From NCBI GenBank assembly GCA_028534125.1, contig CM052816.1:43774001-43838000 (forward strand): a DNA stretch of 64,000 nucleotides. The letters are read 5' to 3'. The notes beneath the pieces are model-generated. The model was not told the DNA's origin and searched no databases. It saw only the letters and a program-made list of their open reading frames with translations. Position numbers and translations under genes: made by a program. Positions 1-13,657 of this stretch are shown piece by piece (position 1 is the first letter of the stretch; each line of letters starts with the position of its first letter). The DNA is from Lama glama. Its lineage: Eukaryota.

Positions 1-2139
1 ATATTGTTGCCTGATGCTGATAGGAAACCCATGTTGTTAGTTTATTAGGAAGAGAAGATCAAAAGTGTCCTGGCAGGTAGTAGATCCAGAGTTAGTCCTT
101 GAAGAACGAGAGTTACCTTTAACCCTCTGGGAACTCAAATCCCCTCCCAAACAGATGACACTGAACCCCTTGGAAGTATCATTCTTAGATCTTAAGTCAG
201 CCTTTTGGAGTGACCTTATGGATAGTGATAGGCCCAGAGAATGTAACCACAGTTTCTTAACCATCTATTGACAAAGTCTCCAATGATACTTGTGTATCTG
301 ATTGAAAATGAACAAGCATTGGGATCTAAGATAGATATTTCAGAGACTTTCTTAGAGAAAATGAGGGTTGTTACCTGGGACTTCTGTATTGACTTTGAAA
401 CTACAGTCAAAATGAGCTGCATATTTTGACTAAGATTCCCTGAAAGTCAATACCCCAGGGGGATGATAGCCCAGCTGCAAAGACCAGAGGGAGCTGGGTA
501 AGTCAGTTAAAATGTATTAAATACCCACTTGATGCCAAGCACTATCCTAGTGCTTCATTATAAAGGCTTCATTATAAAGAAGGAGAAGAAAAGCAAAGCA
601 GTTTATTACTAAGGTAATAATAAGAAACAAAATATATTAGATGTTGAAAGAAATACAAATAACTAGCTCACACTCGAACTCTTAGAACCCTTTTTTAACA
701 TGCTGTTGATCAGGGGTTTCACAAACTCGTATCATTTTCCTGCTTGTGGTTACTTCAGTTCCTACGTTGAGTCTGAGACTGCCTATGCAAATCCTTCCTT
801 CTAATCTCATTGAAGTCCCCATTGGGACTTTGCTCTCTTCATAGAAATAAGGGATAGTTTGTTGAGCCTGGAGAAAAGTCAGTGGTATGTAAGGAGCCTG
901 TGAGAATCCCAAGGGCAAAGACGGGACAGCTTACTTAGGGAAACTGGAGAGATTGGTTTAGTGCCACTTCTAAGATTAAGATGGTACCAGACAAAGCAGC
1001 AAAGTGAGGGGAAGCCTCCTCTGACAGATTTGTGATGGTGTACCATATGCTGTTTTAGAATGGAAATGGTGACTAACCCAACTTGGCTGATATCTCTCTA
1101 TCCTAACAGTAAAGCTTCATGCTCAAGAGTTGAGGTAGATTGGATCAGGAACGGGGCAGAAGAGAGTGTGAATTTCATAGGCACCTTTACTTAGGGTTTT
1201 TGGTTCTAGACAGGATTGCTATTCTGAGCTAGGAAACAGTCACTAGAGATAAGGACTCCCTCCCTCCACCTTGTCACAAATTCTGTTGTGATATTAATGC
1301 AAAACCTATTCTGCCATTGGTAGGAGCAATGAGAGACATTAGAACGTGGACTGTGAAATTTACCCATCTTAACATAGTTGAAATGATAAGAACTTCAAAC
1401 TTCCTGAAGATGTCAAATTCAGTCTATGTACACAAAAGGAACAGCATGACAGCATTAATTCTTATTATCTTAATTTTAGACCTAATAAGGTTTTATCTCA
1501 ACATAACATACACTACTACCATCTGGAGTACCTGAAATTATTAAAAATAAATTTCATATTTTTTACAGTGTTCTTCTGCTGTGAGATAGTAGACCATCAG
1601 ACCATGTTTACCAAAGAAAACATCAAAAACCAAGGCAGAGTTAGTATGGAACAATCACTTGTAAATGTTGGGACCTAGGGAATCTGCCATTTCTTCTGAA
1701 ATGGCTGAGTACATAATCACTCCCAACCTCGCTGATCCCATTTCAGATCTGGATCTCATTTACATCATAGAGAAGCATGCAGAAAACATCCCAGAGGGCA
1801 GATGAACACATCAAGAATGAAAGAGAAGAAACATTGACAATTATTCTTTTATTCGTTTTACCTGTCTTCTTTGGGATCTATTTTGGAATGTTAGCTAAGC
1901 TACCAAATATCTTTTCTCACAAGCGCTTTAAAGTAGAAAACACACCCAGTACACTAGTGTCTAAACCAGTGACTTTTATTCATCTCCCATTTGTAAACTC
2001 TTCCATGGGTTCCAACTTCAAGAATATAATTCACAGTGTTTCGGGACAGTTCCTTGGGAGATGATTCAGAACGAGCACATTATTTCAGAGCATTTATGTC
2101 CACCAGTTTGTAGAAACTGTGATCTGCTCCGTTTTTAAC

Positions 2140-3240
2140 CATCCTGTTAATTAAGAAGCACAATGGTAATGCTCAATCAATCATGGCCCCTTTGAAAAAT
2201 GTTACCCGAGATTTTTCTTGCATGTATTTCAACAGTTTTCAGTCCATATCATGGTCTCACTCTTTGGTGATCAAAAATGATTAAGAAAAGTTTCTTCACT
2301 TAAACCAGCAAATAAAAATATCTAGTAATTACCAGAGGTCCCCAGGCCTTTTGCCAACTGGGGAAGAATGGAAGCCAGAGGAAAAAATATTTTTAAGAGC
2401 AAATCCTTAGGCAAGTAGTGACAAAATCCTTGTCCTTGAAGCTTATATAAATAACTTTCCAGTGTTTTTTTAACCTTTTCTCTCCCCTCCCCAGTCCCCT
2501 CAGCAATGAGGCATGTCACTCCACCCGTTCACATCCATCTTTTTTTATTGATGTCCACTTTGGTGTCTGTACAGGTCATCAATTTTGCTGCCTCTTAGGC
2601 AGCCAGTGGGAATGTACAAGTTAAGTCACTGGACTTTGTGTGTCGAGCTCGAGGAGGAGGGAAGGGGAGGAAGTGTCAGCTTTCTTTAGCACTAACAGTC
2701 CCAATCAGATCCTGGCACTGGGCCTCATAAATCTTGTGGCTGACCCAGGTGAACCCTGAGGCTCAGCGCTCACTGAAAACTGATCAGGCCTCTGCTCAGT
2801 TTAACAGGCCGTTCCCAGTGACAAGTGAAGGGTTCAACAAATGCACAAAACAGATATGTATTAGTTGAAAAACTAATGGCTTTTAAAAGAATGTTTGACA
2901 ATTGTTTAAGGCTGTCTGTAGATCCATTATACTGATAAACGACCAACTTGGTGTATACTAAAGCGGGGCTGGTTAGGAGGACACCGACTTAAAGTTGGTT
3001 TTTTCTTTCTCTTCTCCCTGCCCCCCGCCCCTCCTTTGGTCATCTAAGGTGTGGGTTCCACAAGCAGCACATCCCGAAAACCCAGGAAAATACCTGTGCT
3101 GCCTAAATTTAACCTTGCAGCCCAAGTGGAATTAAAGAGACTCTGAGACTGCCCTCAGTGACCTGCAATTGACCGCTTGAACTTCTAAGTTAGGGTCAGT
3201 TGGGGCCCAGAATAAGAGGTCAAAAGCTGGTCAGCTTTCC
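2140..3240. promoter_or_regulatory. Candidate hepatic/intestinal enhancer or promoter
   Basis: No repeat recognised. Contains TGGACTTTG (HNF4, 2630), ATCAAT/ATTGAT (ONECUT, about 2176 and 2547), CCTTTGAA (TCF/LEF, 2189), CTCATAAA (CDX/HOX, about 2724), a GC box at about 3023 and AGGTCAAAAG at about 3218. Confidence 0.4.
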
Positions 3241-5401
3241 CTAGCCCTAACATGCTGAATAGGAAGACTTTATTGCTGTGATTTATGCAATTTGCCGAGA
3301 CAGGTTAAGGAGACCTTAAAACACACCATAGGGCTCCCATGCATGGGGACACCCTCCTCTTGGAAAATAAATTCTGATTGTCCAGCTGGAAATCTCTTAG
3401 GGATACGCCTTGAAGTATTTTACCCTCTGTGTCTAGAGATTCATTCCCACACTCGACCCCTGAACGTGACAGGGTTAGTGTTTCCAGATTTATTTAAACA
3501 ATACAAATGCACCAAATAAAGCACTTTCAAACCTGATTAATTGCGAAGGCAGAATAACCACTGGTAATGAATTATTTGGGGGAGCAGTAAACGCCTACAA
3601 AAGTGAACTCTTAAATCAGTTGCTTCAGAGATACAACCACAATAAAAGCTACAATATTTAAACCTTTCCAAATAAAAAAATTGGGGGTTTGTTTTTGTCT
3701 TTGAAGCCTGGTTCTCAAGTCTTCTTTGGATAATATAGATGAAAATTATCCTGTTTTTATTGAAAAGTAAATTTTAGAGCTCTTACAAATAAGTCTCTGT
3801 TTCTAGTCTGTGTATAGTGGAGTCAGAAACAGATCCACACTCACGATTTCCACTTTTACAGAAATTTGCAATATGTAGCTGCCATTCTTTGTTCAGCCTC
3901 CACATTTGGAGCAAACCAACAATATGGCTTTTGTGACGCAAGTCGTGATATAGCCGCAAATGTCAGTTTTACTCAAGCTGCAAGCAAAGAATTGAACCCA
4001 GGTCTTTCATGGATGAAACGCTAACTTGGTGCTATAAACCTTTAAGCTACCTTTCTGCTCTTTCACATGGCATTTAGTGCTCTGCTTGCATTTGCCTGTA
4101 TAACTCAAATTGACTCTGATCTAAGAAATGCAATTCACAAGGTATTAGTCTATATTGGGGTCTAATTTCATTAGGTAAATGAGAGAAAGAGATAAAAGTG
4201 TGAAAGATACTCACTTTGAAAAATGGCTGGTGTGTAATACTCAGCAGCTAGTTTCCATAAGGTTTGTAAAGACGCATTTTAAACAAAGGATATGCATGCC
4301 CCAAGTAGACGTGTGTGTGTTCAGCCAGGACAACTAAAAGCTGCTCTATCAGTTTGTCAGGTAAACAACAGCCAACCAAATTTTGCATATAATAAGCTTA
4401 TTCAGGACAAGCTCAAATGTTGTAAGTTAGTAAATGTTGTGGAAAAATATTTTTGCACAAATATTTAGCTGATCGATCTCAAGTCCTCTCTGTTTTGTCA
4501 AAGTCACACTGATTTTTCTTTTCCCTCTTTAATGTGGCCCGATTTTGTTATTTCTTGAAAACAGGACCTAGCTTGTTTCTAATAGGTCTAGAAAAACTTC
4601 TTATATATTTTCTGAAAAATATGCAAGATTCAATTGTTCTGGTTGGAAGGAAGAAGGGACACTTCATCTTGCACACCTTACTATAATGCTCTCCTTCGGG
4701 CTGTGGAAGGTGGACCCTCATCCAGGTTAGAGCGCCTATAGATATGAATGATCCCTATTGATGGTCAATCAAGGAAAGTTAAGGAAAGGACTGGAAGCTT
4801 CAAGCAAGGCCTCTCTCCTCAGATCAGACTGTCATAGCCTTTGTCTTCTCAGCAGCTCAATTGACTTTTGCCAGTGGGTTCCCATGCTTTAGTGTGGTTA
4901 AAATGTTGTTTTCCTGCTGCATTTAATCTGTTGTAAAAAGGGTATCTTCATTCTTGAACAATAAAAATTAAAGCTAATGTTCCCAGTTCACTGTAAATAG
5001 CTTTTTGGAAACTCAGTTAATTAAATCTTCCATTATGAAGTATTTTCTATTACTAGGAGAAATTAAAAGTAGACAGGGAGCACAGGGCAGCCATTAATGA
5101 GGTTACTGAAGATCCAAAGGGATGCTGCATTATGAGATTGGTTCCAGAGAAAGTCTGTGGTTAAGCAATTCCCTAAAGAAATGGAAGTTTGCTGTACCGA
5201 TGATCACTGTAGACCCAAAGGTATTTTTGAAAGCTCTTGCAGCCATCAGTGGGCCATTTTGTCTTTTGTGCTTGGTACTAGCTGTTGAGTGATTTGTGAA
5301 TGACCTTGTTAAAAAAAATAAACAGATTAATATTGAAAATTTGTTAGAAGTAATAAATTAGGAATTTAGTGTTCTAGGTAGAACAGCCCTTTTAGGGCAG
5401 T

Positions 5402-5589
5402 TCAGTCCCTCCCGTTCAGCATGGACTAAACCGCCTCAACTTTTTATGTTACTTCTTTAATCCATGCCAACTCAGTCTGCGGGATTTCCTCATCACTTGC
5501 GTTCAAAACCATTTCTATATTGACGAATATTTGGGAGAATTGAATCCTTTCCAGTTGCTTTTCCTGCCAACTCTGCTGGGGTTTTCTCT
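5402..5589 (-). pseudogene. Candidate late or terminal exon, helical peptide
   Basis: After ...aaatccaaag| the frame reads ERKPQQSWQEKQLERIQFSQIFVNIEMVLNASDEEIPQTELAWIKEVT*KVEAV*SMLNGRD*. Phase-compatible with the 13484 donor. Confidence 0.35.
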
Positions 5590-6199
5590 CTTTGGATTTA
5601 AATTAAAATATAAAAATATGGTCTTGTTTTCTTATCATCACCAATAATTTTTACAGCCTTAAGAACATTAACTTTAGATATTATGGCCAAATTTCAACTC
5701 AAACAGCATGCTATTTTTTTTTCCCAGAATGCAATCAATATAACTTTGCTGAGAGAAAACGGTTGTCTTCCTAGTCTACCGTGAGGCACTACGGGCAATA
5801 AATAATTGGCAGTTGTGTTCCAGACCTGAGACGCAGCAAGTTGCTTACTCCTGTGCTTGGTAGTTGGCTTTATTCAACGAGCTGCAGGTCACCAGCAGGG
5901 GCTGTGAGGATTGCCTCTTTTGATACCTTAAGAATAATTTCTCTCCTTGTGTATTTCTCAGGTCTGCAGTTCTAGGATCTTATATTTAACTTGTCTTGGG
6001 AAGCCATTGTCTAACAAAAGAAAAAGTGCTTAAACTGATAGGAGGCTAACTTTCTCAGAAAACCAATTAAATAAGGACAATGGAAATATTTCTATTAATA
6101 TAATCAGTTCAACCTTTTGAGGGCCCATAATCACAAAGAGGATAACCCCACTCTTTCTTTGTGGACAATAGGTTGATATATCTTACATCATTTAGTTTA

Positions 6200-6430
6200 A
6201 CTGATTAAGAGCCAACACATTAAGGCTTCACTATGCTTACTGAACTAAGTATTAACTCTTAATACTCATAGCAACACTTTGAGATAGGTTCCACTATTAT
6301 ATTCATTGAACAGATGAAGAAACTGAGGCACAGAGATGATGAAAATTAAGGACAGATTGTCAGTAATTGATGACAGAATTTCAACCCAGGAAATCTGCCC
6401 TTGGAACCTGGCTTATGAATATGCTATACC
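6200..6430 (-). mobile_element. MIR SINE
   Basis: Core acagatgaagaaactgaggcacagaga and gaatttcaacccagg. Confidence 0.8.
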
Positions 6431-6751
6431 ACATCCAACAATTAATTGTTGATAAGATAAAGTTAGACTTGTCCAGCTCTAGACAAAATCATGTGAACTA
6501 CTTGCATCTTTAGTGTCCACTTTAGAAAACTACTTGACATCTTCTGTGCCCTTTTCCAGGACCCTTCCCTGACATTCAGGAACAAGCTTTTCCCTATCTA
6601 CGTATTCTCCACTACCATTCACACCTTATCTAGAAGAAAATGCATTATTTATGCATTAACTAAATCCATTCCCACTGTGATATCTTCTTTTAAGTAATTT
6701 ATATTCATTCACTCCACAAATACATATTGAGCCTTTATTGTGTTGCAGAAA

Positions 6752-6880
6752 CCTCTTTCCTTCCTTCCTCCCTCTCTCCCTTCCTTCCTTCCTTCCATCC
6801 TTCCTTCCTTCCTCTCTTCCTTTTTTCCTTTCTCTCTTTCTTTCTTTTCCTTCCACTGTCCTAAACTCCCTTCCTTCTTT
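6752..6880. repeat. (CTTC)n-like polypyrimidine low-complexity tract
   Basis: ttccttccttcc repeats directly visible. Confidence 0.9.
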
Positions 6881-8059
6881 ACTAAAGAAGTCCAGCAACC
6901 AGGTGGAGGAGATGTAAAATCTCCTTGCTTTTAAGGAGATAAATTCTGCTAAACCACAGACTGAATTCAAGGTAAACCTTCTTTAACCATTTTGGAGAGA
7001 AGACCAATAAGATCAGAAAGTCACTCCTTCCTCCAAAACCAGATAGTCCTAATCCCCTGGAGAAGCTTAAAAAAATACACACAGGCCACTCTGAAGCCTT
7101 TACTAATTCCTCTTGATTTTAGGAGCTTAGGTTCATGGACTTAGCAGGCAAGCATTTCATTCGAAGTGCTCCAAGCACAGTGATCTCCCGTTACGAGCTG
7201 GCAGAGCATTTGCCCTAACTTCTTCAGGGAAGAGTGACAGGGGCGTTTTTGTTTATGTGATGCAGTATTTGAGTTTTGCTTTTAGCTGAGCATTTTACAT
7301 GCACAATTTCAAATGTACAGTTAATTGAAACTGTCATATTTTACCAAAACTTTTATGGCAGCTATCCAGAGCATGAGTCACGTCATTTAAAATAATCTTG
7401 GGTTTGCAACAAGATTTGTGCTTTTAATGAGCCTGGTCGAAACCATGGGTTTAATGCAGAACCGATTCAGTTAAACGTCAAGTTTTTTTTGGATTCTGCT
7501 GTAAATGTTTTTGTTTTTAATAGTTCTAATGCTTAAGGGACTTTTGTCAAACTTTTTGGTGACAACCAGATCAAAAACCCCACAGTTACTTGGCTCTACA
7601 TCTCTCCAGAGCTGGCAGAGAACAGGAATTGCAGAAGGCAACTGGCAAAGCCGAATACACACGAAGACAATGGAATAACATTTCAAAAACACAATGCCAT
7701 GGGGTTCTTTGTTGAAAGTATTATTTTGTCTGCTTTCAATGATGTACTAGTTTTTTTCCTTCTAGATTTTATTCCAGAGCTTAGAAAATAACAGACTTTG
7801 AAATAAGAAGAGAAACACCATGCTTTATACCTTTCAAAGACCACAGAGCATATCCAGGATAAGACTAAAATAATAAAAAACTAAAATTGGAATTTGTTGG
7901 AATGCTACATTTATGTGACTTTATCTTGTATTTAATTTAACTTACGCATTCATACCCACACTTATTCCAGAAATGTTTTACGTGTCTTCAATAAGAGAAG
8001 AAAAGCAGCATGATATAAATTTAAAAGAAGCCACAAAAAAGAAGGAGAAGCAAAATTCA

Positions 8060-8770
8060 GATGACCAAAGAAACAAGTACATGAAAAGATGTACAATATT
8101 CTTAGCCTTTAGGGAAATTCAGATTCAAACCTCAGTGAGATAATACCACACTTTTATTTAAATGGCTTAAATAAAAATACTGACATACCAAGTGCTGATG
8201 AGGCTGTGAGGCAGTTAGACCCCTCACACATTGCTGGTGGGAATGCAAAATGGCACATCCACTCTGGAAAGCAGGATGGCAGTTTTCTTAAGTTAAAAAT
8301 ATACCTACCATATGAATCAGCGATATCATGCCTGATATCTATAGAAATTAAGCCTTGTGTTGACACAAATGCCTGTACCTGAAAGTTGATAGCAGTTCTG
8401 TATGTTAGTGTCCCAAACGAAAAACCATCCAAAGCCTTCTGATAGGTGAATGTACAAACTGGTATACCACCGTGGAATACTACTGAGCAATGAAAAGGAA
8501 TGCGATTCGGACATATACAATAACTTAGGTGACTCTTACAAATGATTCTGTGTTGAGTGAGAGAAGCCAGTCTCAAGGGGTTACATACTGCCTGAGTCCA
8601 TTTATATGACAGTCTAGAAAAAACAAATATAGTGGTGGAAAACAGCAGAGGTTGCCAGTGTTTAGTTAAGAAAAGATGTAATCGTTTTGTATCCTGATTG
8701 TGGTGGTGTTCTCACAAATCTACACATGTGTTAAAATACATAGACTTGTGCAACAAATTAAAAAAAATAA
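8060..8770 (+). mobile_element. Old L1 (L1MB/MC/MD-type) 3' end
   Basis: ORF2-end motifs (cattgctggtgggaatgcaaaatggcaca, ggaatactactgagcaatgaaaagga), 3' UTR and A-tail near 8760. Confidence 0.85.
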
Positions 8771-11700
8771 TAAGATGAAAGAATTTAGGTTTCAAACCTG
8801 GCTCCAGGTTTTATAATGGGGAAAAAATAAAATTTGTTCAGTTACACAATTTACAAGATATATAATGGAGAAAAAATATACTGGGAACTCTAAGGAAGTT
8901 CAACTACTGTTTATATTGACACCAGATGTGCCTTCACTGAGGGGACAATGTGTTAATCACATGATAAGGTCCTACATGAACAATGATGGGTTTCACTGAA
9001 ATGTTTCATTTTGGGTGCTTCAGTATAGGCAGATGGCATCCTAGCAAAACACAGCTGAGTAACATTAATTTGAGGTGTGTCAACTCCATGTAATCTAAGG
9101 GAAAAAAATCCTTGTTTTGCTCAATCCAGAGGTAGATTTTAACATATCCTTTGAAGAATATTATATATAGCTCAGCCTTCAAATAATATTGGTTTCTAAA
9201 GACTACTTTTAATTAATCACAAGCACAAAACAATGTAAGGGTGGAAAAGTCAAGAGTGAAAGAAGTAAGGTGTGGGCATTAAGGCATAAAGACATAAAAT
9301 TAATTTTGTGGCATCTGTATCATCTCATTGTAATCATACTATGTGTGTGCAGGTATAAAATATCAATTTTCAACAGTGTTTTAATGTCACAAATCTTAAA
9401 TAAGAGACTGTTGTTCTATATAAGTGGCAAATATTCAATCAAATTCTCTATTCATGTTACTTCAAAAAGCTTAATTTACAAATTTAATCTGGGAAAAACA
9501 CAGTTAAATATAATATACTTTAACAGTAAGTGCTTTCTCTTGTGTTTTGATTACATTGGACAGAAGAGAAAACCTCTCTGGTTAATGTTTGATATTAACT
9601 AAGTTTTGAATATCATTGAAAGATGTAAATGAGGGTATATTTGTTGTCATGTCTGGGGAAATTCAGTACTTTACTCACTTTGGTAGAGACAATGTTACTT
9701 TAGACTAAAAATAAGTTGAAGAAAATTACATAAGCCATACCAAATCCCTTGGAATTATCAAGGAGATAATGAGAACCTCAGAAGAGGTATATTATAGTAC
9801 TATAGCGAAACTCTAATACACATACACACACTTTTGAGAATCATGACAATAATTGAAAAATTTACGAGTATTATGTGTTCAATAAATATTCAATAACTAT
9901 TCTTTCATTTAAAAAAAACCTTAAAATATTTATTTAAAATGCCACTCCCTGAATGCTTCAGCGTATATTACTAGTAATTTACCTACTGCATTCGAAATTA
10001 TTTGAGAATCCTTATTTCTCAAAGGTGAGCTCTAACTGTCAATTCTTTTCTAGGCAGCAAGTTTTTGATTCATAAATCATTCTGATTCTAATGAGTTGGG
10101 AGGTCTATCTATTCAATGCTATTTTGTCTAAGGCTTACTATTGCTTATCAGGGCATTCCTTTAAAAAAAGACTTAAATGTTATCACTTTTTAAAAAGAGT
10201 CTAAACATATGCACTCTTTACCACCATACCCTAACCAGATACACCATGATATTTTGGCTAATTGACATCTTTTTTTCATGGTCAGCAAATTCTTCCCTGG
10301 AAGGGAATTGGACGCAGCTCTTTCAGATTATGTGAATACTGTCTGATACTCGGAAGAAATAATGTGACCTCAGGGACTAATTTCAACTTATTGTATGAAG
10401 AACATTCTATGTGATCTAGTGTGGGTCAGTAAAAGTAAAATGATGGCTGTTTTAATATTTAAGGACCATGACAATTCAGAATGAATGCCAATCTAGTTGT
10501 CAAACTCAGTGAATGCATTTCCCAGAAATATGTAAAGCATATAACTAAGCCAGGAATAAAATATTTATTAATTGTATCAAAGAGGCAAATCTTACAGTTT
10601 CCTTGTATCTTACCTTACATCTTATATCTGTTTAAAAAAAAAAAACCTTTACAGTTTCCCTATTGCTCTAAGGAGAACATTCTAAATCCTTATTTCAGTT
10701 TACAACTTCCTCTGGGATCTGTGTCCTGGTTCCTTCTGTGGTCTAATCATGACTTACTTCTCCATACCCACCCCACGCTGTAGCTGTCCACACCGTTTGA
10801 AGTAGCTGTTTATTCGTGCAGTTCTCTTTGCCCGAAGTACCCCTTCTTCCCTGCCTGCCTGGGAAACTCTTCAACGCCCATCAGAACTAGTCACGTTGGT
10901 CATTTCTGTGCAGCCTCTTCCACGGCAGAGTTAGGTGTGATATAACCAAAGAAAAGCTGTGACCTGGCTCTAACCATGTATTTACTCACCAGTTGCTCTC
11001 ACTACACTGACTTTTTGGAGAATAGCAATTTAATTTTTAAAAATCTTTGTATCTTTGTATCTGCCTAGTGTACAGTTGATGCCCAACAAATATTTGTTGA
11101 CTGAATTTTGTGTGGCCGTGGCCATGATGGTGGGCGGTGAGGCAGTGGACAGTGGCAAAGATGAAGGAAAGTCCACGCCAGACAGCTTCCCCTCTGATCC
11201 TAATTTGAGAAGACTCAATACACAACTGTGAGAAAGACACTGCAGACAAGACTGCTGACTGGGATTTATAAACTGTGCCCAGGGGACAGCAGGATGTGAA
11301 GGCTGCATGGACATAAGTGTCCCAGAATGCTTTAGAAGTGAGAACAAAAGAATGAGGCCTCATTGATATGTCCACACCTTCCAGTCTGAGTCTTAAATTA
11401 ATTTGCCCATTTTACTTTTTTGAAAGCAATTTGCGCTGGATGAACTGTTATAAAATTTCTCTGTGACCTTGGGAAAGTCACTTAATATCACGAGGCCTCA
11501 AAATGCTTATCAAAGAAATGAAAGGGATTTAGTATTCTCACTAAAACAATATTTTGTTCTTCATTGACATCTTAATAGTTTAATGAGGGCCATATTTTAC
11601 AGGCTTAGTACATAGAATCTGACTTCGTTCCTCGACTTAATTGATGGGCTGCTCAATAATCTCCCTGCCCAACTTGTCTTTTCTCATCAGCTTGTTATAA

Positions 11701-11829
11701 TACTGAACATTCCCACCCAGGTCTGTTGGGGTTCAGGGTTACCTCTCTAAGGGTCTATTTAAAATGCCAACGAGCTATCTAGAGGATAGACCTAGAAACT
11801 CATTAATAGACATTCAGTATGGAATAATG

Positions 11830-12370
11830 ATCTTTAAAACTTAAATCTGATTGGCTCTCCGCCTTACTGAAAATCTTTCTGCAGCTTCCCAGTGGGCTTA
11901 GGATAAAGAGAAACTTCTTATTGTGGCTTTTGAGCCCCAGCAATTCAACCTTCACCTTCCTACCCCCAATCTCCAGACTCCTCCCCATTCCCCCCACCAG
12001 CTCTTTCTGCCTCCTGCAGTCAGCCTTCTACTGCCCGCCCCTTGCTATCCCCTGACCATTCTCCCCTAGACAGCCTACATAGCACCTACTTAGCTTTTGA
12101 AAGCCAGTTAGTTGCTGCTTTCTCAGGGCAGCATTCACTGCCCTTCATGACGAAGTCACAGCCTCCCATTCCAGACTCTGAGGGCACGGTGTGCCTCTGC
12201 TCATTGGCTTCACAGCCCTTCTCCCATCGTGATCAGATCACTGTCTTCCTCATTGGATCATAAACTCCCTGAGGAAAGGGATTATGACCACTTTTGCTTA
12301 CTGTTCCATCCTCACTGCCTATCATGATATCAGTATTATGCCCTCCATAAATACTGGTTGAATGAATGAA
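11830..12370 (+). mobile_element. L2 LINE 3' fragment
   Basis: Ends in ataaatactggttgaatgaatgaa; contains taaactccctgaggaaaggg. Confidence 0.65.
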
Positions 12371-12479
12371 CAGAGGATTAAATAAATGGATACCTAAATA
12401 TATCCTCAAACTAGTCAGCTCTGAGCCTTAGCAAAACACAGAACTTTGTGGAATGAGATTAAAGATAGATTAAAAGCCA

Positions 12480-13010
12480 GCGCTTCCCAGTGGGCTCCCT
12501 GGATCCCCACTCCTCCCGCAGCCTGTTTTCTTTACCCCCTTCTCCTCGTCCTCTCCTCTTTCATCCCATTTCAGCTGCAGTGGCCTTCCTGTGGTTCCCC
12601 AGACATATCACGTGTACCCTGACTGTAGGGTCTGTGGGCCCTGGCCTTTTCCTCCCATGAGCTCTCCTCCAGACTTCCTCATGGCTAGCTTCTAGTTCAT
12701 GGGGGACTTCAATGAGGCCCACCTTGAAAGGACCATCTTTTCCCTACATCCCGGCCCCTCTCTCCCTCATCCTCTTTACCATGCTTTACTTTTTTTTTTT
12801 TTAACATAGCTATATTATCTGTTGACATCCTACAAAATGACTCCTGTATTGTATTTGTTATTTCCTGTTTCCCTGATGATAATGTAAGCTCTATGGGGCC
12901 AGAGGTCTCTGTTTGATTCCCTGATATAACCCAGACACCAGATATAACCCAGGCTTGGAGGACTGCCTGATGAGATGTGATAGGTGCTTGACAAATATTT
13001 GTTGAATGAA
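12480..13010 (+). mobile_element. L2 LINE 3' fragment
   Basis: aatgtaagctctatggggccagagg...taggtgcttgacaaatatttgttgaatgaa. Confidence 0.7.
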
Positions 13011-13483
13011 CAAAGGGAGGGATGTGGTCAGGAAGGTTGTCTATGTGGAGTGTAGAATGAAAACTACCTGGCAATCAGCAGTCACTAGATTCCTGATGGA
13101 GGGCAGCAGGAGGAAGGTAGCATTTTAAAGACAAAGTCACCCACACTTCCATTTCTCATTAGGCCAGACTTTGCTTTTACGTTAACGAACATTTATGGAG
13201 AAAGATTCCATCGACTCTGTATTAATTTATGTAATAGATGGGCTTATGGGAATGGCCATGCTTTTGACAAATGAGAGATTTCTGCCTTTGAGTTGTCCTA
13301 AGTAAACATGGCAGATGGTTATATAAACATAGTACTTAAGAACTGTATTTGGCAAAGAAATAAGAAATATTCTTACAGGGATTTTTTTTCTTTTTCTTGT
13401 ACTTTTCTTTACAACAATTAGAGAATTATATTAAGACATGAAGTCCCTTCCCCTTAAACTTACAAAAAGTGAGTATCTATTAC

Positions 13484-13657
13484 CATGTGCACCCAAGTCA
13501 ACCAGATTTCCAAACTGATCAAACTTTCTTGCTTTTGCTCTAGTTGGATAGCATTGACAAATTCGATGTTTATTACCTTTATATTTAGGAGAAATGTATT
13601 TGAGCTTTATTCTTTCATACTGACAAGATGTTTGGTATTGAATTAACACTCGAGAAT
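13484..13657 (-). pseudogene. Candidate exon with open frame
   Basis: Polypyrimidine tract ttttttctttcctttttgtac followed by ...gatccag|, donor atg|gtaata. Open frame DSRVLIQYQTSCQYERIKLKYISPKYKGNKHRICQCYPTRAKARKFDQFGNLVDLGAH. Confidence 0.45.

Noticed and set aside
552..579. 14-bp tandem duplication gcttcattataaag (similar short duplications near 12925 and 47731)
   Set aside because: Ordinary slippage duplications.
6656..6970. 104-aa R/K/E/G-rich ORF
   Set aside because: Translation of the (CTTC)n tract.
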